A DNA stretch of 64,000 nt from Chrysemys picta bellii (Eukaryota), in assembly GCF_011386835.1 (NCBI RefSeq), contig NC_088803.1:11346001-11410000 (forward strand), read 5' to 3'. Shown piece after piece: positions 48,201 to 61,635 of this stretch; positions within the stretch are counted from its first letter, which is position 1, and the number at the start of each line of letters is the position of its first letter. A model generated the notes under the pieces. That model was not told where the DNA came from, did not search any database, and worked only from the letters and a program-made list of their open reading frames with translations. The position numbers were made by a program, and so were the translations under genes.

Positions 48201-50993
48201 CTACAAGGCACCCTCCGACACTCTTTAGCCCTTGCTAAAGAAAACCTAAAGGATGCTCAGGAAGAGCAAAAGGCCTGGTATGATAAACATTCCAGAGAAC
48301 GGTCCTTCAAAGTAGGAGACTGAGTCATGGTCTTAAAGGCGCTCCAGGCCCATAAAATGGAAGCGTCGTGGGAAGGACCATTCACGATCCAGGAGCTCCT
48401 AGGAGCTGTTAACTATCTCATAGCCTCCCCCACCTCCAACATAAAGCCTAAGGTATACCATGTTAATTCTCTTAAGCCCTTTTATTCCAGAGAATTAAAC
48501 GTTTGCCAGTTTACAGCCCAGGAAACAGATGACGCGGAGTGGCCTGAAGGTGTCTACTATGAAGGAAAAAGGGATGGTGGCGTGGAAGTGGTGAACCTCT
48601 CCGCGACCCTTGGACGTCTGCAGCAACAGCAGATCAAGGAGCTGTGCACAAGCTTTGCACCAATTTTCTCAGCCACTCCAGGACGGACCGAACGGGCATA
48701 CCACTCCATTGACACAGGTAATGCTCACCTAATTAGAACCCCACCCTACCGGGAGTCACCTCATGCCCAAACTGCTATACAAAGGGAGATCCAGGACATG
48801 CTACAGATGGGTATAATCCACACCTCTAACAGTGCATGGGCATCTGCAGTGGTTCTAGTTCCCAAACCAGATGGGGAAATACGCTTTTGCGTGGACTACC
48901 GTAAGCTAAATGCTGTAACTCGTCCTGACAACTATCCATTGCCACACACAGATGAGCTATTGGAGAAATTGGGACATGCCCAATTCATCTCTACTTTAGA
49001 CTTAACCAAAGGGTACTGGCAAGTACCACTAGATGAACCCGCTAAGGAAAGGTCAGCCTTCGTCACCCAGGCAGGGGTGTATGAATTCAATGTACTCCCT
49101 TTCGGGTTGCGAAATGCACCCGCCACCTTGCAAAGACTTGTAGATGGTCTCCTAGCGGGATTGGGAGAATCTGCAGTTGCCTACCTCGATGATGTGCCCA
49201 TTTTTTCTGATTCATGGACAGAACTCCTGGAGCACCTGGGAAAAGTCTTAGAGCGCATCCGGCAGGCAGGACTAACTGTTAAGGCTAAAAAGTGTCAAAT
49301 AGGCCAAAACAGAGTGACTTCCCTGGGGCACCAGGTGGGTCAAGAAACTATAAATCCCCTACAGGCCAAAGTGGATGCTATCCAAAAGTGGCCGGTTCCA
49401 AAGTGAAAGAAACAGGTCCAGTCCTTCTTAGGCTTGGCCGGATATTATAGGCGATTTGTACCACACTACAGCCAAATCGCCGCCCTGCTGACAGACCTAA
49501 CCAGAAAGAAACAGCCAAATGCAGTTCAGTGGACTGATGAGTGTCAAAAGGCCTTTAACCAGCTTAAGGCAACACTCATGTCTGACCCTGTGCTAAGGGC
49601 CCCAGACTTTGACAAACCGTTTCTAGTAACCACAGATGCGTCCGAGAGGGGCGTGGGAGCAGTTTTAATGCAGGAAGGACCGGATCAAGAATTCCATCCT
49701 TTCATGTTTCTCAGCAAGAAACTGTCTGAGAGGGAAAGCCACTGGTCAATCAGCGAAAAGGAATGCTACGCCATTGTGTATGCGCTGGAAAAGCTACGCC
49801 CATATGTTTGGGGACGGCGTTTCCAACTACAAACAGACCATGCTGCGCTACAGTGGCTTCATACTGCCAAGGGGAATAACAAAAAACTTCTTCAGTGGAG
49901 TTTAGCTCTCCAAGATTTTGATTTTGAAATACAATACATTTCAGAGGCTTCTAACAAAGTGGCTGATACACTCTCCTGGGAAAGTTTCCCAGAATCAACT
50001 GGTTAAAAATTGTTCTTGGAATGTGGAACATATTGTTAGTTTTTATATAATCAGTAGTATGTCTAAAGGTGCATGTGTCTTATTAACTCTGCTTTCTCCT
50101 AGAGTTCCAGGAAGAAATCACAGCCAGTGTGGAACCGGCTGTCCAACACTATCTGTGATTTGGGGTGTGTGTCATAACTATAAAGGGAAGGGTAACAGCT
50201 CTCCTGTGTACAGTACTATAAAATCCCTCCTGGCCAGAGACTCCAAAATCCTTTTACCTGTAAAGGGTTAAGAAGCTCAGGTAACCTGGCTGACACCTGA
50301 CCCAAAGGACCTATAAGGGGACAAGATACTTTCAAATCTTGGGGGGGGGGGGGGGGAGGCTTTTGTTTGTGCTCTTTGTTTTGGGGGTTGTTCGCTTTTG
50401 GGACTAAGAGGGACCAGACATCAATCCAGGCTCTCCAAATCTTTCTGAACAAGTCTCTCATATTTCAAACTTGTAAGTAAACAGCCAGGCAAGGCGTGTT
50501 AATTTACCTTTGTTTTCTCAACTTGTAAATGTACCTTTTACTAGGATGTTTACCTCTGTTTGCTGTAACTTTGAACCTAAGGCTAGACGGGGGTCCTCTG
50601 GGCTCTTTAAGTTTGATTACCCTGTAAAGTTATTTTCCATCCTGATTTTACAGGGAAAATTTTTACCTTTTTCTTTAATCAAAAGCCTTCTTTTTAAGAA
50701 CCTGATTGATTTTCCTTGTTTTTAGATCTAAGGGGGTTGGATCTCGATCCACCAGGAGTTGGTGGAAGGGAGGAGGGGGGATGGTTAATTTCTTCTTGTT
50801 TTAAGATCCAAGGGGTTTGGATCTGTATTCACCAGGGAATTGGTGAAGGTCTCTCAAGGCTACCCAGGGAAGGGAATTAGCTTTGGGAGTGGTGGCAGCG
50901 GACCAGATCTAAGCTGGTAGTTAAGCTTAGAAGTTTTCATGCAGGCCCCCATATTTGTACCCTAAAGTTCAGAGTGGGGAAGCAGCCTTGAAA
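45282..50993 (+). mobile_element. Gmr1-type Ty3/Gypsy retrotransposon (gag remnant, PR, INT, RT, RNase H), 3' LTR 50170-50993
   Basis: Zinc knuckle RCFKYNELGHIKTHC; integrase (AHDHPSGHSG..CEVC, VAVDILGP, GLVERFNGTL, GPF module); RT (VDYRKLN, LDLTKGYWQ, AYLDD); RNase H (TDASERG); in-frame TGA stops at about 47328, 48321 and 49404. No TSD identified. Confidence 0.93.
45582..45964 (+). mobile_element. Solo LTR nested in the 5' LTR of the Gmr1 element
   Basis: TG..CA ends, TSD TAAG; absent from the sister 3' LTR; TATAAA and AATAAA inside. Confidence 0.88.
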
Positions 50994-51232
50994 GGAGTCA
51001 TAGCAGGGTTGGGATAGCAGGGGGCTGTGGGTCGGGAGTGAGGGGCACTGTCAGAGTTGGGGTGGGGAGCCCAGGGCTGGGCTAGCAGGGGCTGTGGGTT
51101 GGCTTGAGGAGAGCTGGCAGAGCCAATGCGGGGGGTTTAGTGTAGGAGGGGGGTTCTGTCGGGCCTGATGGGTAGCCAGAACTGGAGAGGGAGGGCTGGT
51201 GGGGACAGAAGGAGACGGGAGGACAGACTGAC

Positions 51233-51415
51233 ACTCACCCTGCACTGCTTCCCACGGCCAGGTCCCATCTCCGTTCCCGCCTGCCTCATGGCCCAATTCT
51301 CTCATTCAAGCCCCTGCTATATTCCCTCTGGGGCCCCCATGGGAGCTCTGGGAGCCGGCCGAGGTGGGGAGTGGGAAGCGGGTGTAGCTCAGCATCTAGG
51401 GGTCCTCATTAGCTG
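51233..51415 (-). promoter_or_regulatory. OR unit B first non-coding exon and promoter
   Basis: Donor 51233-51238, TATA-like 51317-51322, O/E-type site 51335-51344, TAATGAG homeodomain site 51405-51411. Confidence 0.6.
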
Positions 51416-51493
51416 GGACTGGAACTACATTGCTAGGCTGCAGAGCTGTTCCTCTCACTATCCCCATGTTTGCTCAGGTGGGAACTGAGTCCC

Positions 51494-53171
51494 TGTGACC
51501 GGGGTTCCAGGGGGCCAGGCTGAGATTGCTCAATTAGGGCAAACTGCAAAGAATGGGGCAGACAATCCCCAAAATTGGTGGTTATTCTAATACTTAGATT
51601 CACCAAGTTAGAAACAAATCAGCTTCTGTAATAGCTCACTGGTTACTCAGAAGACAGAAATAAGTTCCCTTAAAGCAACCCAGCCTTGGGTTCCCACCCA
51701 GACAGCCAAATCAAATATGATGAAGATTACTGAAAATCTTGTTCATTATATAAAAAGTTCTACCAATCCCAAAGGATCGGACACAGTACCCACCAAGTTA
51801 ATGAATATCTTACCCAAATAAACACTTACAGCCAATTCTTATTAACTAAACTAAACTTTATTAAAAAGAAAAGAGAGAGAGAGAGTATTGGTTAAATGAT
51901 CGTTATACATACAGACATGAGTAGAGTCCTTAGGTCAGTTTCATCGTAGAGGTGGTGAGCTTTAGAGATGCCAAAAAACTCTCCAAGATCAGAGGGGCAG
52001 TTCACACCTCATCAGGGCATGTATGGGACAAACCCAGCCCAGCCTCACAGGAACAAAGGACACTGGCCTAGGCAGCAACCAGAGATCTGTTTGACTCTTG
52101 AGTGAGTCACCCCCCTTCCTTTTGTCAGTTTGGACTGCGAGGAGGTAATGCTCACCTGACCCTAATGGGGGGGGGGGGGGGGGGGGCGGGGGGAGGGCAA
52201 AGCCAAGAGGGAAGAAAGGACATGATAACAGGGAGAGATGTTTGTCATGCTCTTCCTCTCTCTCTTCCACCTCCATCTACAGACATCACCACCAAGCGAC
52301 TGAAGTGCTGATCAGAGGGGACAGCCTAGCTGAAGCCTGTGGTGAGGAGCATCAAAGTTTGTAAAAATACTGAAAGTGTTAAAATCAGCTTAGAATGCGT
52401 TTTGCTTTTATTTCATTTGACCAAATATGACTTGTTATGCTTTGACGTATAATCACTTAAAATCTATCTTTGTAGTTAATAAATTTGTTTTATTCTACCT
52501 GAAGCAGTGCATTTGGTTTGAAGCATGACAGAGACTCCCCTTGAGATAACAAGCCTGGTACATATCAATTTCTTTGTTAATTTGACGAACTCATATAAGC
52601 TTGCAGTGTCCAGTGGGCATAACTGGACACTGCAAGATGGAGGTTCCTAGGGTTGTGTCTGGGACCGGAGATATTGGTTAGTGTCATTTGGTCTCACAAT
52701 CCAAGGAGCAGCTTACATGCCAGGAGTGGGGGTTCTCACAGCAGAGCAGGGGAAGGCTGGCTCCCAGAGTCAAGGATTGGGGTGACCTAGCAGATCACCG
52801 CTCCAGATAACAGCAGAGAGGAACATGACACCATCTTCAGTCATTTACAGGTTGTTAACTATACATTTCAAAGAGAAATACAAACAATGATATTACTACA
52901 TTCACAGTTCATCTAAATGTTAACAGAATACAGTGATAGGAATTGTTTGGTTACATTGTCAACCACTGAGAAGATATAGGCAAACATAGACGGCTACCAT
53001 CACTATCTTCTTCCAATTCTTTAACAATACAAGTTTACGTTCCAAAGCTCTAGTCTATCTAACATGGAATGGCCCTAATTACCACTTACATATTCTTTAA
53101 TATGTCTCTAAAGGTTGAATCTGGGTCAATTAGACTGCTAGTTGTGTATCCCTTTCTGGCCCTGCATCACA
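51494..53171. mobile_element. LTR-Y copy in unit B with a foreign LTR-like fragment (about 51975-52830) replacing part of it
   Basis: Aligns to 30732-31813 on both sides of the insert; near-TSD GTCCC/GTCCT. Confidence 0.72.
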
Positions 53172-56100
53172 GTCCTGCTGTCCCCAGATGGGGAAACTGA
53201 GGCATGGAGCGAGGGAGTAAAGTCACGGCACCCCAGGAATGGAACCCAGGAGTCCTGATTCCCCCACAGACAGATCACCACTCCCCATTATAACTATTAA
53301 CCAGGGCACTCAGCTAAGTACAACTCATTGCCCCAAATCAAGCCAAAGGGGGAATTTGAACTGCGGGGGTGGGGGGAGGTCCAATTTCCTAGGGGAGCGC
53401 TCAACTCATGGGCTCTGAGCTATAATGACAGACACACTCAGACAGAGCAGGGCTCACCCCACCAGTAGGGGCAGCAGGGACACCCTCCCCCCGCAGCCAG
53501 CCATAAGCCCCCCACAAAACACGCCCAGGGACTGGCTGCAGAGACGAATGAGCCACAGCAATGCCTATCTGGAGGGTCCCACCCTGGCCAAGCTGTGAGC
53601 TACGGCTCCATAGCCACATCAGGACCAAGATGCTTCCACACACGCCCACCAGCAGACATTTCAGTGCCTTAGGAATGTTGCTGGTTGTTACACGTAGCTG
53701 CCTAAAGGGGTTAGGTGCCTCCCAGGTTCAGTTGCAGCTGAGTGGGGGAGGGAGGTGGAGTTGTCAGGATCTCATGTAGCCTAAATGTGAGAGGTAGGCT
53801 CCTAAGGTGGCGGCTGGGTGCTGGATCTAGACGCTAGTGCCCTCAGGAGACACCACAGCCCACAAGTTGGGGATGTTTGGGGTGAGATCCCCAGGGGTAT
53901 CGAGGCTCTGTCTCCCCGCAGGCGGGCTTCACAAACTCAGCCAAAAAATCTCTAACAAAGGAGCTTCTACCAGCTGGTCAGGAGACCCCACAATGTCCTG
54001 GCCACCCACAAACCCCCTGGTCAGAGTTATCCAGGTGTGATCTAGAAGGAGAAATGTCCTGTATGGAGGAGGAGGACTGAAGATAGGTGGGACGCTCAGC
54101 ATGGTGGAGGAGATACTGGGAGATGCAGAAGACCCCCAAGGGTGTTCCAGCAGGAATCAGGTATTCAAATTCCTTAGGAGGCTTCATAAACCCACCCTTG
54201 GGATCTCATTGCAAAAGCTGACAGCTCTGAGCAGTTAAGGAGAAGATCCCTGTCAGAAGGGAGCTGCTGGCCCCTGTCTATTACCTTTGGTTGTCCTGGT
54301 ATTTGGAAATTGGAAAGTCCAGACCCCCACTGAGGTTATTGATCCATACTGGAACAGCTTCAACGGGAGACATTCCCACAGCAGGTTATCCCATTGCCCA
54401 GTGGTGTAACTGTGCTGCTATAAAGCAAGAGACCTGGCTTCCTATTCCTTCTTCACACCATGGAGATGGGGGTCTTGAGTCTGGGGCTTTCACATTTCAT
54501 TTTGCGTAGAATGAATATTTCCATCTACCCTCCCACTCCACATGCCCCCCCCCCCACAAATTTCCAATTCACTTAGTATTTTATGGAATTTTTCAACTTG
54601 GTTTCGGTTGTCCCAATTTCAACCCCACCCCTGCTTTTTTCGAAACAGCCAGCAAACTGCAAAATCAGTGATTCACCCAGTTCAGTAGCCACAAGGAATA
54701 CTGATGTGATTCGCCCTCCTTGAGTGCATAGTGCCCACAACAAGAACAACAAGAACAACCCAGTATTGATTTAGGTACGGTAAACACCTGGCTATGCAGC
54801 ACCTGGCACAACGGGGCTCTGATCTTGGTTGGAGTCTGTGCAGCACCTGGCATAACAGGGGCTCTGATCTTTGGGTGCTTCTTTATGTGATACTCTAATA
54901 GAAATAAAGATTTCAATGGAACTTGGGCAGTTTACTCCAGCTGAGTATCTCTCACAGTGGTTTGCAAATTTTTTCATTTGTGAAACTCTGAAATACTTTG
55001 AATGGAGGTGATATAGTCTACAGACCTCCAGGGGTCCATGGACCACAGGTTGAAAACTACTGATCTATCATATCTGTGGGTGGTACAGTGAAAGCCATGT
55101 AAAGGAGATGGATGGGCCAATTGCATTACAGTTACTGGAACCTGGCCAGGCAAATTCCTTGGTGGCTTTGAAAATCTGACTCATGGGGGCAGAGTTAATG
55201 CTTTGAGTGCAACATTTTCCTGAACTGCATGTCTTTAGTTTTGCTGTCTTTATGTTCTCTTAATGTACAGTTGTGGGATGGAGTGTCCTATGCCATTAAG
55301 CAGGGAAATTGGAGAAGGAAAAATAGAAGAGGAAGCTACTTTGCTCTCTGGGGCTTTGAAATCTTGCTAGGAATTGGCACATAGGACAGAGTAAAGGTTA
55401 CATTTGAAGGGATTTTTTTATTTGCTTAAAAATAGTTCCATATTGACAGTTCTCTCTCAGTCCACCTCATGCTCTTAATGAAATTCTCACGCACCCATAT
55501 TCACAACTATGTAATTCCTCACAAGATACTCCAGAGATAATCTAGATTTACCCCACATAGAATAAATAATCAGTACACGGTTGCTCCATAAATACTACAG
55601 AGCTATTCCACGGATATGACAAAATTACTACATTGTTATTACTCTGTAGATACTACAGAGTTAAACAAAGTTACTATCTATATAATACTGATTTGCTACA
55701 CAGTTCTTAAACAGATTTTATAAATTTAGTACATAGAGTCTATACAGTCAGTTCACATTTTTCGCTGAGGTACTACTTATGTACTATAGAATTGCTCCAC
55801 AGATACTAAAGAATTACACAATGTATCATACAGGGTTAGTATATACTTATTCCATAGACATTACAAAGTTACTACTGAGTTGCTCCACACATAATACAGA
55901 GTTCATTCATAGATGCCACAGAGCCATTAAAATGTTACTCCATTGCTATTACAGGTTTACTCCATATATATGAAAGAATAAATCCTGAGGTACTACTGTA
56001 TTTCTATATAGATACTACTGAATTACAGTTACCCAGCCAATAGTGTATGCTTACCTCACATTTACTACAGAATTACTCCCTGGCTTATACAGAGTTACTA

Positions 56101-56592
56101 AAAAGTTACTTGATAGATACTATAGACTTACTGCTGAGTTTCTCCACAGATACAGTAGAGTTACTCCATATGTAAAATAGAATTACTACAATGTTAGTTC
56201 ACATATACTACACAGTTACTAAAAAGTTACTCCTTTGACATGGAAATTTAGTTTATAGGTATTACATCGTAAGTACATAGATATTAAAGAGTTACTACAA
56301 AATTGCTCCATAGATATCATAGAGTTACTCTGCAGACACTACAGAATTACTTCACAATTACTCCATAGATACGTGAGACTTGCTCCATCATTAGTCCATA
56401 GATCGAACCACATTACTCCAGTGTTACTCTAGTGTAATTCAATGCAGATTCTGGCTCGTCACATTGATAAAAATGTATAGATTCATCAGTTAAGAGCCCA
56501 GAGGAGACTGTTGGGATAATCTAATTTGACACATGCCAGAGAAATTCCCTGAAATAATTCCAAACCCTGCACTTCTGTATTTTGACTTCCTC

Positions 56593-57531
56593 CTATTTCC
56601 CGCTCCAGAGCCCATGTCTACTCAGCAACCTCTTCATTGCACTGATGATCTCTTTGTTCCTGAGTGTATAGATCATGGGGTTCATGAGCGGGAAGACAAC
56701 AGTGTGGAACACGGCCACCACTTTGTCCAGGGGGAAGCTTCGGAAGGGCCGGCAGTAGATGTAGATGGCTGGGCCAAACATGATGAAGACGATGATGATG
56801 TGGGTGATGCAGGTAGAGGCCGCTTTGCTCATCTCCTTTGAGGGGTCACCCGCACGCAGCCGGACCAGCAGAGCCCCATAGGAGATGAGCAAGAGGAGGA
56901 AGCACATCAAGGTGGCCAGGCCACTGTTGAAGAACATGAAGAACTCCAGCATGTAAATGTCAGTGCATGCCAGCTTGATCACCTGGGTGATGTCACAGAA
57001 GAAATTGTCCAGCTCGTTGGGGCCACAGAACGGCAGCCGGATAATCAGCGCCACCTGCAGGATAGAGTGCGTGAAGCCTCCGGCCCAAGCAGCCCCAACC
57101 AGGGCACAGCAGACCTCCCTGCTCATCATGCTGGCATAGCGCAGGGGATAGCAGATGGCCACGTACCTATCAAAGGCCATGCCCATGAGCAGAAAAACTT
57201 CCGCCCCTCCTAGGAAGTGTAGGAAGAAGAGTTGGGCCATGCAGCCCCCATAGGAGATGTTCTTGTGATGGGAGAAGAAGTCAGCCAGCATCTTCGGGGG
57301 GGTGACGGAGCAGTAGCAGATGTCCAGAAAGGCCAGGTTGGCCAGGAAGAAATACATGGGGGAACCCAGGTGAGGGTCACCCTGGATGGCGAGGATGATG
57401 AGGATGTTGGCTGGGAGGATCATGGAGTAGAAGATGAGGAACAAGACAAAGAGGAAGAGCTGGATCTCCCGGGTCTGGGATAGCCCCAGCAGCACAAACT
57501 CCGTCACCCCTGTGCTGTTTCCACGCTCCAT
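56593..57531 (-). CDS. Olfactory receptor, family 4 (OR4M/OR4N-like), intact, 312 aa (unit C)
   Basis: [46 protein letters not shown]; CAG acceptor 2 nt before the ATG. Confidence 0.96.
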   Translation of the reverse strand: MERGNSTGVTEFVLLGLSQTREIQLFLFVLFLIFYSMILPANILIILAIQGDPHLGSPMYFFLANLAFLDICYCSVTPPKMLADFFSHHKNISYGGCMAQLFFLHFLGGAEVFLLMGMAFDRYVAICYPLRYASMMSREVCCALVGAAWAGGFTHSILQVALIIRLPFCGPNELDNFFCDITQVIKLACTDIYMLEFFMFFNSGLATLMCFLLLLISYGALLVRLRAGDPSKEMSKAASTCITHIIIVFIMFGPAIYIYCRPFRSFPLDKVVAVFHTVVFPLMNPMIYTLRNKEIISAMKRLLSRHGLWSGK

Positions 57532-59890
57532 CCCTGTAACACACCCACATGGTACATTATCATTGCTACAATTGTTGACTCGAGCAGTTAGCCAAACATT
57601 CAGTGTTTAGTGGGAATTTCTGGTTGGGAGGGGAATTTGTTGACGGAGTCAGGAATTTCTTTGATGCAATCCTGCATATTTACAGAAAACATACAAGTAC
57701 TGTTTCCCTGAGCACAGGAGGAACCAAACAACAGGAGAAAGTGTCTTTGATCACCACTCAAATCCTCTTTCAGCCGGCATCCTAGCCTGAAATTTTGCTC
57801 AGTCTCTCGGCTTCTTTCACCTTCAATCTCTCTGTCCAGCTCCTCATTCAAACACACCCCCTTACCCAAACAATACCCAGCAAAGCCATCCACCCACATA
57901 ATTCCCATTCCTGGATGGACTAACATTTGCCTTTGTTTTCTCTCTCACACCTATCCTAAATGAGGGGCAGCACTTATTTCCCACCCATCGATACCTACAA
58001 TCCAACACCGGACGTGGCCTTGCGATACACAGACATCCTGTACTAGGCTTGGAAGTTTGAGATTTTTATTGTCCAATGTCTGTTGATGTCGATTTCATCA
58101 AGCACACACACAAGCCAATGAAAAAAGATTTTCCATCAATAATAATGAAAATTTACAAAGGCAAAGGAAGAAAAATGCTGTGAAAGAACGTATTTGAATT
58201 TGACTTAAGGACATTTACTTTGTATATTTTCACATGTGATGTTGACCATTTGTATTTTAATAGTTATAAAGATTTAACATTTTGAATCTCAACATCTGCT
58301 GTCATGAAATAATTATTATCACCATTGTTTGATTCCCCCCTAATTTCCTGTGTGAAAATGTATATTGCTAAACATCCAAAAATGACTTCAAAATAAACAT
58401 CACTATTATCTGTGTAGATTATAACAAAATAAAAATGGAATTCTGCTGAGTATGTATAACACAGGCCATAGGAGTTCACTGGATATGTTCTGGTTTGAAT
58501 TAGAGCAGATCTTTGAGAAAAACAGCCCCTCTTGATTTAAAAATTGTCCCTGATGGAGAATCCCCCACATACCAACAAGATTTAACCCATCCAACACATA
58601 ATTATAATTTATTAATTGTATTGGGGGCAGGCATTTCCATGAGTATCGCAAAACATTCTGGCAAAAAACTAGCACTAGCGGAATCAATGGAGCCCACGTT
58701 ATATGGATTGATGGCTAGCGGACAGATCTTAACAAGTAGTCATCAATGGCAATTCCTCATCTGGTGGGTTGTTTCCAGTGGAGTTCTGCAGGGATCGGAT
58801 CTTGGTCTGCGGCTATTCAACCTCTTTAACAGCAATAGGGAAGTGAATATAAAATCACTGGTGATCAAAGGCCGATGACACCACTATTGGGAGAGTGGTA
58901 AATAATGCTGAGGCTGGGGCAGTCACACGGACTGAGCCGGATCGCTTGCTGATCCGGCCCCATTCAAAAAACTGTTGGAGTACAGCCAAATTGAAAGTTA
59001 TACATCATGCCTACAGAACGGGGGACTGTGTCCTGGCAATTAGGGACAGAGAAGGATTGACAGCTCAGCATGGACGAGCAATTCACCTTGATGTATTAAG
59101 AGGGCTGTGGTGAGCAGGAACCCAGCACTGTACTGGGCATTGGTGAGAGCGATACTGGAATCCTACGCCCAGCTCTGGGATGCACGTTTTTAAAAGGATG
59201 CTGGCAAATTGGAGGGGTGGGGGCATAGAGAGCCACAAAAATGATCTGAGGGCTGGAGAAAATGTCTGGCAGTGAGAGATGTAAAAGGCTCAATCCTTTT
59301 AGTGACTGAAAAAGAAGATTAAGAGGTGATTTGCTCACGCTGTATAAGGACCTTTCCAGGGAGAAAAGACCAGCCACTAAAGGGTTCTTTAATCTAGGAG
59401 AGAAAGGCAGAAGAAGAACTAATGGCTGGAGGTTAGTGGTGGATTGTCCATTTTTTGGTTTCTTCAGATCCAGACCTTTCTGGAAGATGCTTTAGTCAAA
59501 CACAAGTGATGGGGTTCAATACGGGGGCAGTTGGGTGAAATCCACTGGCCTGGATTATACAGGAGTTCAGACTGGATGGTCTAGCGGTTGCTTCTGGCCT
59601 TTAAATTTATGAATCTAAGAATCAATGAATGTATGAATTATGGTAATGTTTAGGGGTTACTGAGGTCAGACCTCCAAATATGTCGGGCGCTGCATAGACC
59701 TGACCAAGGTCATGGCCCTCCCCATTATTTATGTATTCTATTATTTATGTATTTATAAATTCCTTTATGTATCTGTTCATTTATTTGTTCCTTCTCCGTT
59801 TCTCTCTACATTCGTTATTTACCTGTCCATTTATTTCTCTTATTTTCTGATTTATTCCTGATGGCCATCATGTCTGGCTTCCATCACCTC

Positions 59891-60650
59891 TGTAGTAGAA
59901 ATGGAGCCTGAGACATAAGCCCTTTTATCAGAGGGCCAGTCTGAGGCCCGAGGCCTGAATTAAAGTAGTTGTCGAGCCTTGCTGACATAAAGCAAAGTTA
60001 GCAAAAGTCAGGCTGTGAGTAGACGTCAGACTATGCCTGTGTGCACACTCTCAGAACTTGGCAAGAACAGGGCTGATATTGCTGAAAAACACATTCCAAA
60101 GAAGTACTAGGCACAGGACACTCATGCAAACACACTGCAGAAGTGTGGTACCAGAACATCACGATACTAAGTATGGTACAAACACACCCTCCCAAAGATA
60201 ACAAGAACACATTGACCCCTGCTAAAGGTAAGGTCAGGATGACAGGGTGATGGATAGAGATGTTTTGATTGAACCAAAATATACAAGGTAGAGGTAGTAA
60301 CTAATGACGTCAGAGGGTTGTAATTGATGAGGGGCAATATGTTACTTGTTTGTATTAATGTATAAAATGGAGTCTCAGAGGGAGTGTCTGTGGCTGGCCT
60401 AGGGGGCAGTGGAAAGTCCCGCCAGTGAGTGAGCTGGTCCATCGTGATGGGCATACATGTGTTAGTGGTCCTGTAGAGTCTATGGGATACTAGGACCTGC
60501 TTCATTGACAATAAACATGGCCAGGTGCCTTTGCTACTAAATGGGTCTGTGGTTATCAGGCACTTCAATTGGAGCCTGCTGTAAGGGCGATCTGGCCACA
60601 GCCAGTGCAGCATGCAGAGAGAACTGATACACAGCCAGCATCTGACAATA
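59891..60650 (+). mobile_element. Solo LTR-X in unit C
   Basis: Aligns to 40550-41349 at the homologous site; empty site in unit A (about 29675). Confidence 0.8.
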
Positions 60651-61149
60651 GCATTGACAGCCAGACATTCTTTCATTTCTTCTTCCATTCGTTCATGGAT
60701 CCCGCCATGCATTCATTCTTTTAATCACAGATTCATTGTTTCGTTTCTTAATTAAAACCTTCCTTCCCTTTAATTTATACCTTCCCCATTGATGTGTTTA
60801 GTATCTTTCTTTCTTTCCCTCCCTTCTTTGTTAGTTTAACCCCTCAATGAGGAGAAGTTCAGCACACACATACAGCCAGGCATCACGCTCGCCTTGCTAG
60901 CTTCTGCTTTAGCCATGTATTAATAAATGCCCTCACATATTTATCCCTCCATTGGCTCATTCATTCCCCAGTTACCCATTCACTGCATTGACTGAATCAT
61001 ATATACACACGGTGGCAGTTCAATGGGAACAGCAACCCTAAAAGCTCCCTGACATCCTCTGTCACACATGCTATGAAACCTGAACTACCCTCTTGAAGCA
61101 GCATACAAGTCTGTTAGCAGGGGTGGGGTGGGGGCGGGGGGGGGGGGGG

Positions 61150-61530
61150 GCTTTGGATTTGGATTGAGAGGCACTGGCAGACCTGTGGGGGGGGGCAGGG
61201 CTGGGCTAGCAGGGAGCTGTGGGTCAGGATTGAGAGGCACCGGCAGAGCTGTTGGGAGTGGTGGCAGGACTAGGATAGTAGGGGGCTGTGGGTTGGGAAT
61301 GAGGTGCACCAGCAGAGCAGTGGGGCGGCAGGAGAGGGGGGAAGCCCTGGGCTTGGCTAGCAGGGGCTGTGGGTCAGGAGTGGGGGGCTCTGGCAGAGCT
61401 GGGAGGAGCCCAGGGCTGGGCTAGCAGGGGCTGTGGGTCAGGAGTGGGGGGCACAGGCAGAGCTGGGAAGAGCCCAGGGCTGGGCTAGCAGGGGCTGTGG
61501 GTTGGCTTGAGGAGCATTGGCAGAGCCGAT
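61150..61530. repeat. GC-rich about 65-bp degenerate tandem repeat downstream of the OR first exons (also about 30210-30390, 45180-45280, 51000-51140)
   Basis: Repeated GGGCTGGGCTAGCAGGGGCTGTGGGTCAGGAGTG..GGCAGAGCTGGG. Confidence 0.75.
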
Positions 61531-61635
61531 GCGGGAGGTTTAGCATAGGAGGGTGGTTCTGTCGATCCTGAGGGGCAGCCAGAACTGGAGAGGGAGGGCT
61601 GGTGGGGACAGAACAAGAGGGGAGGACAGGCCGAC

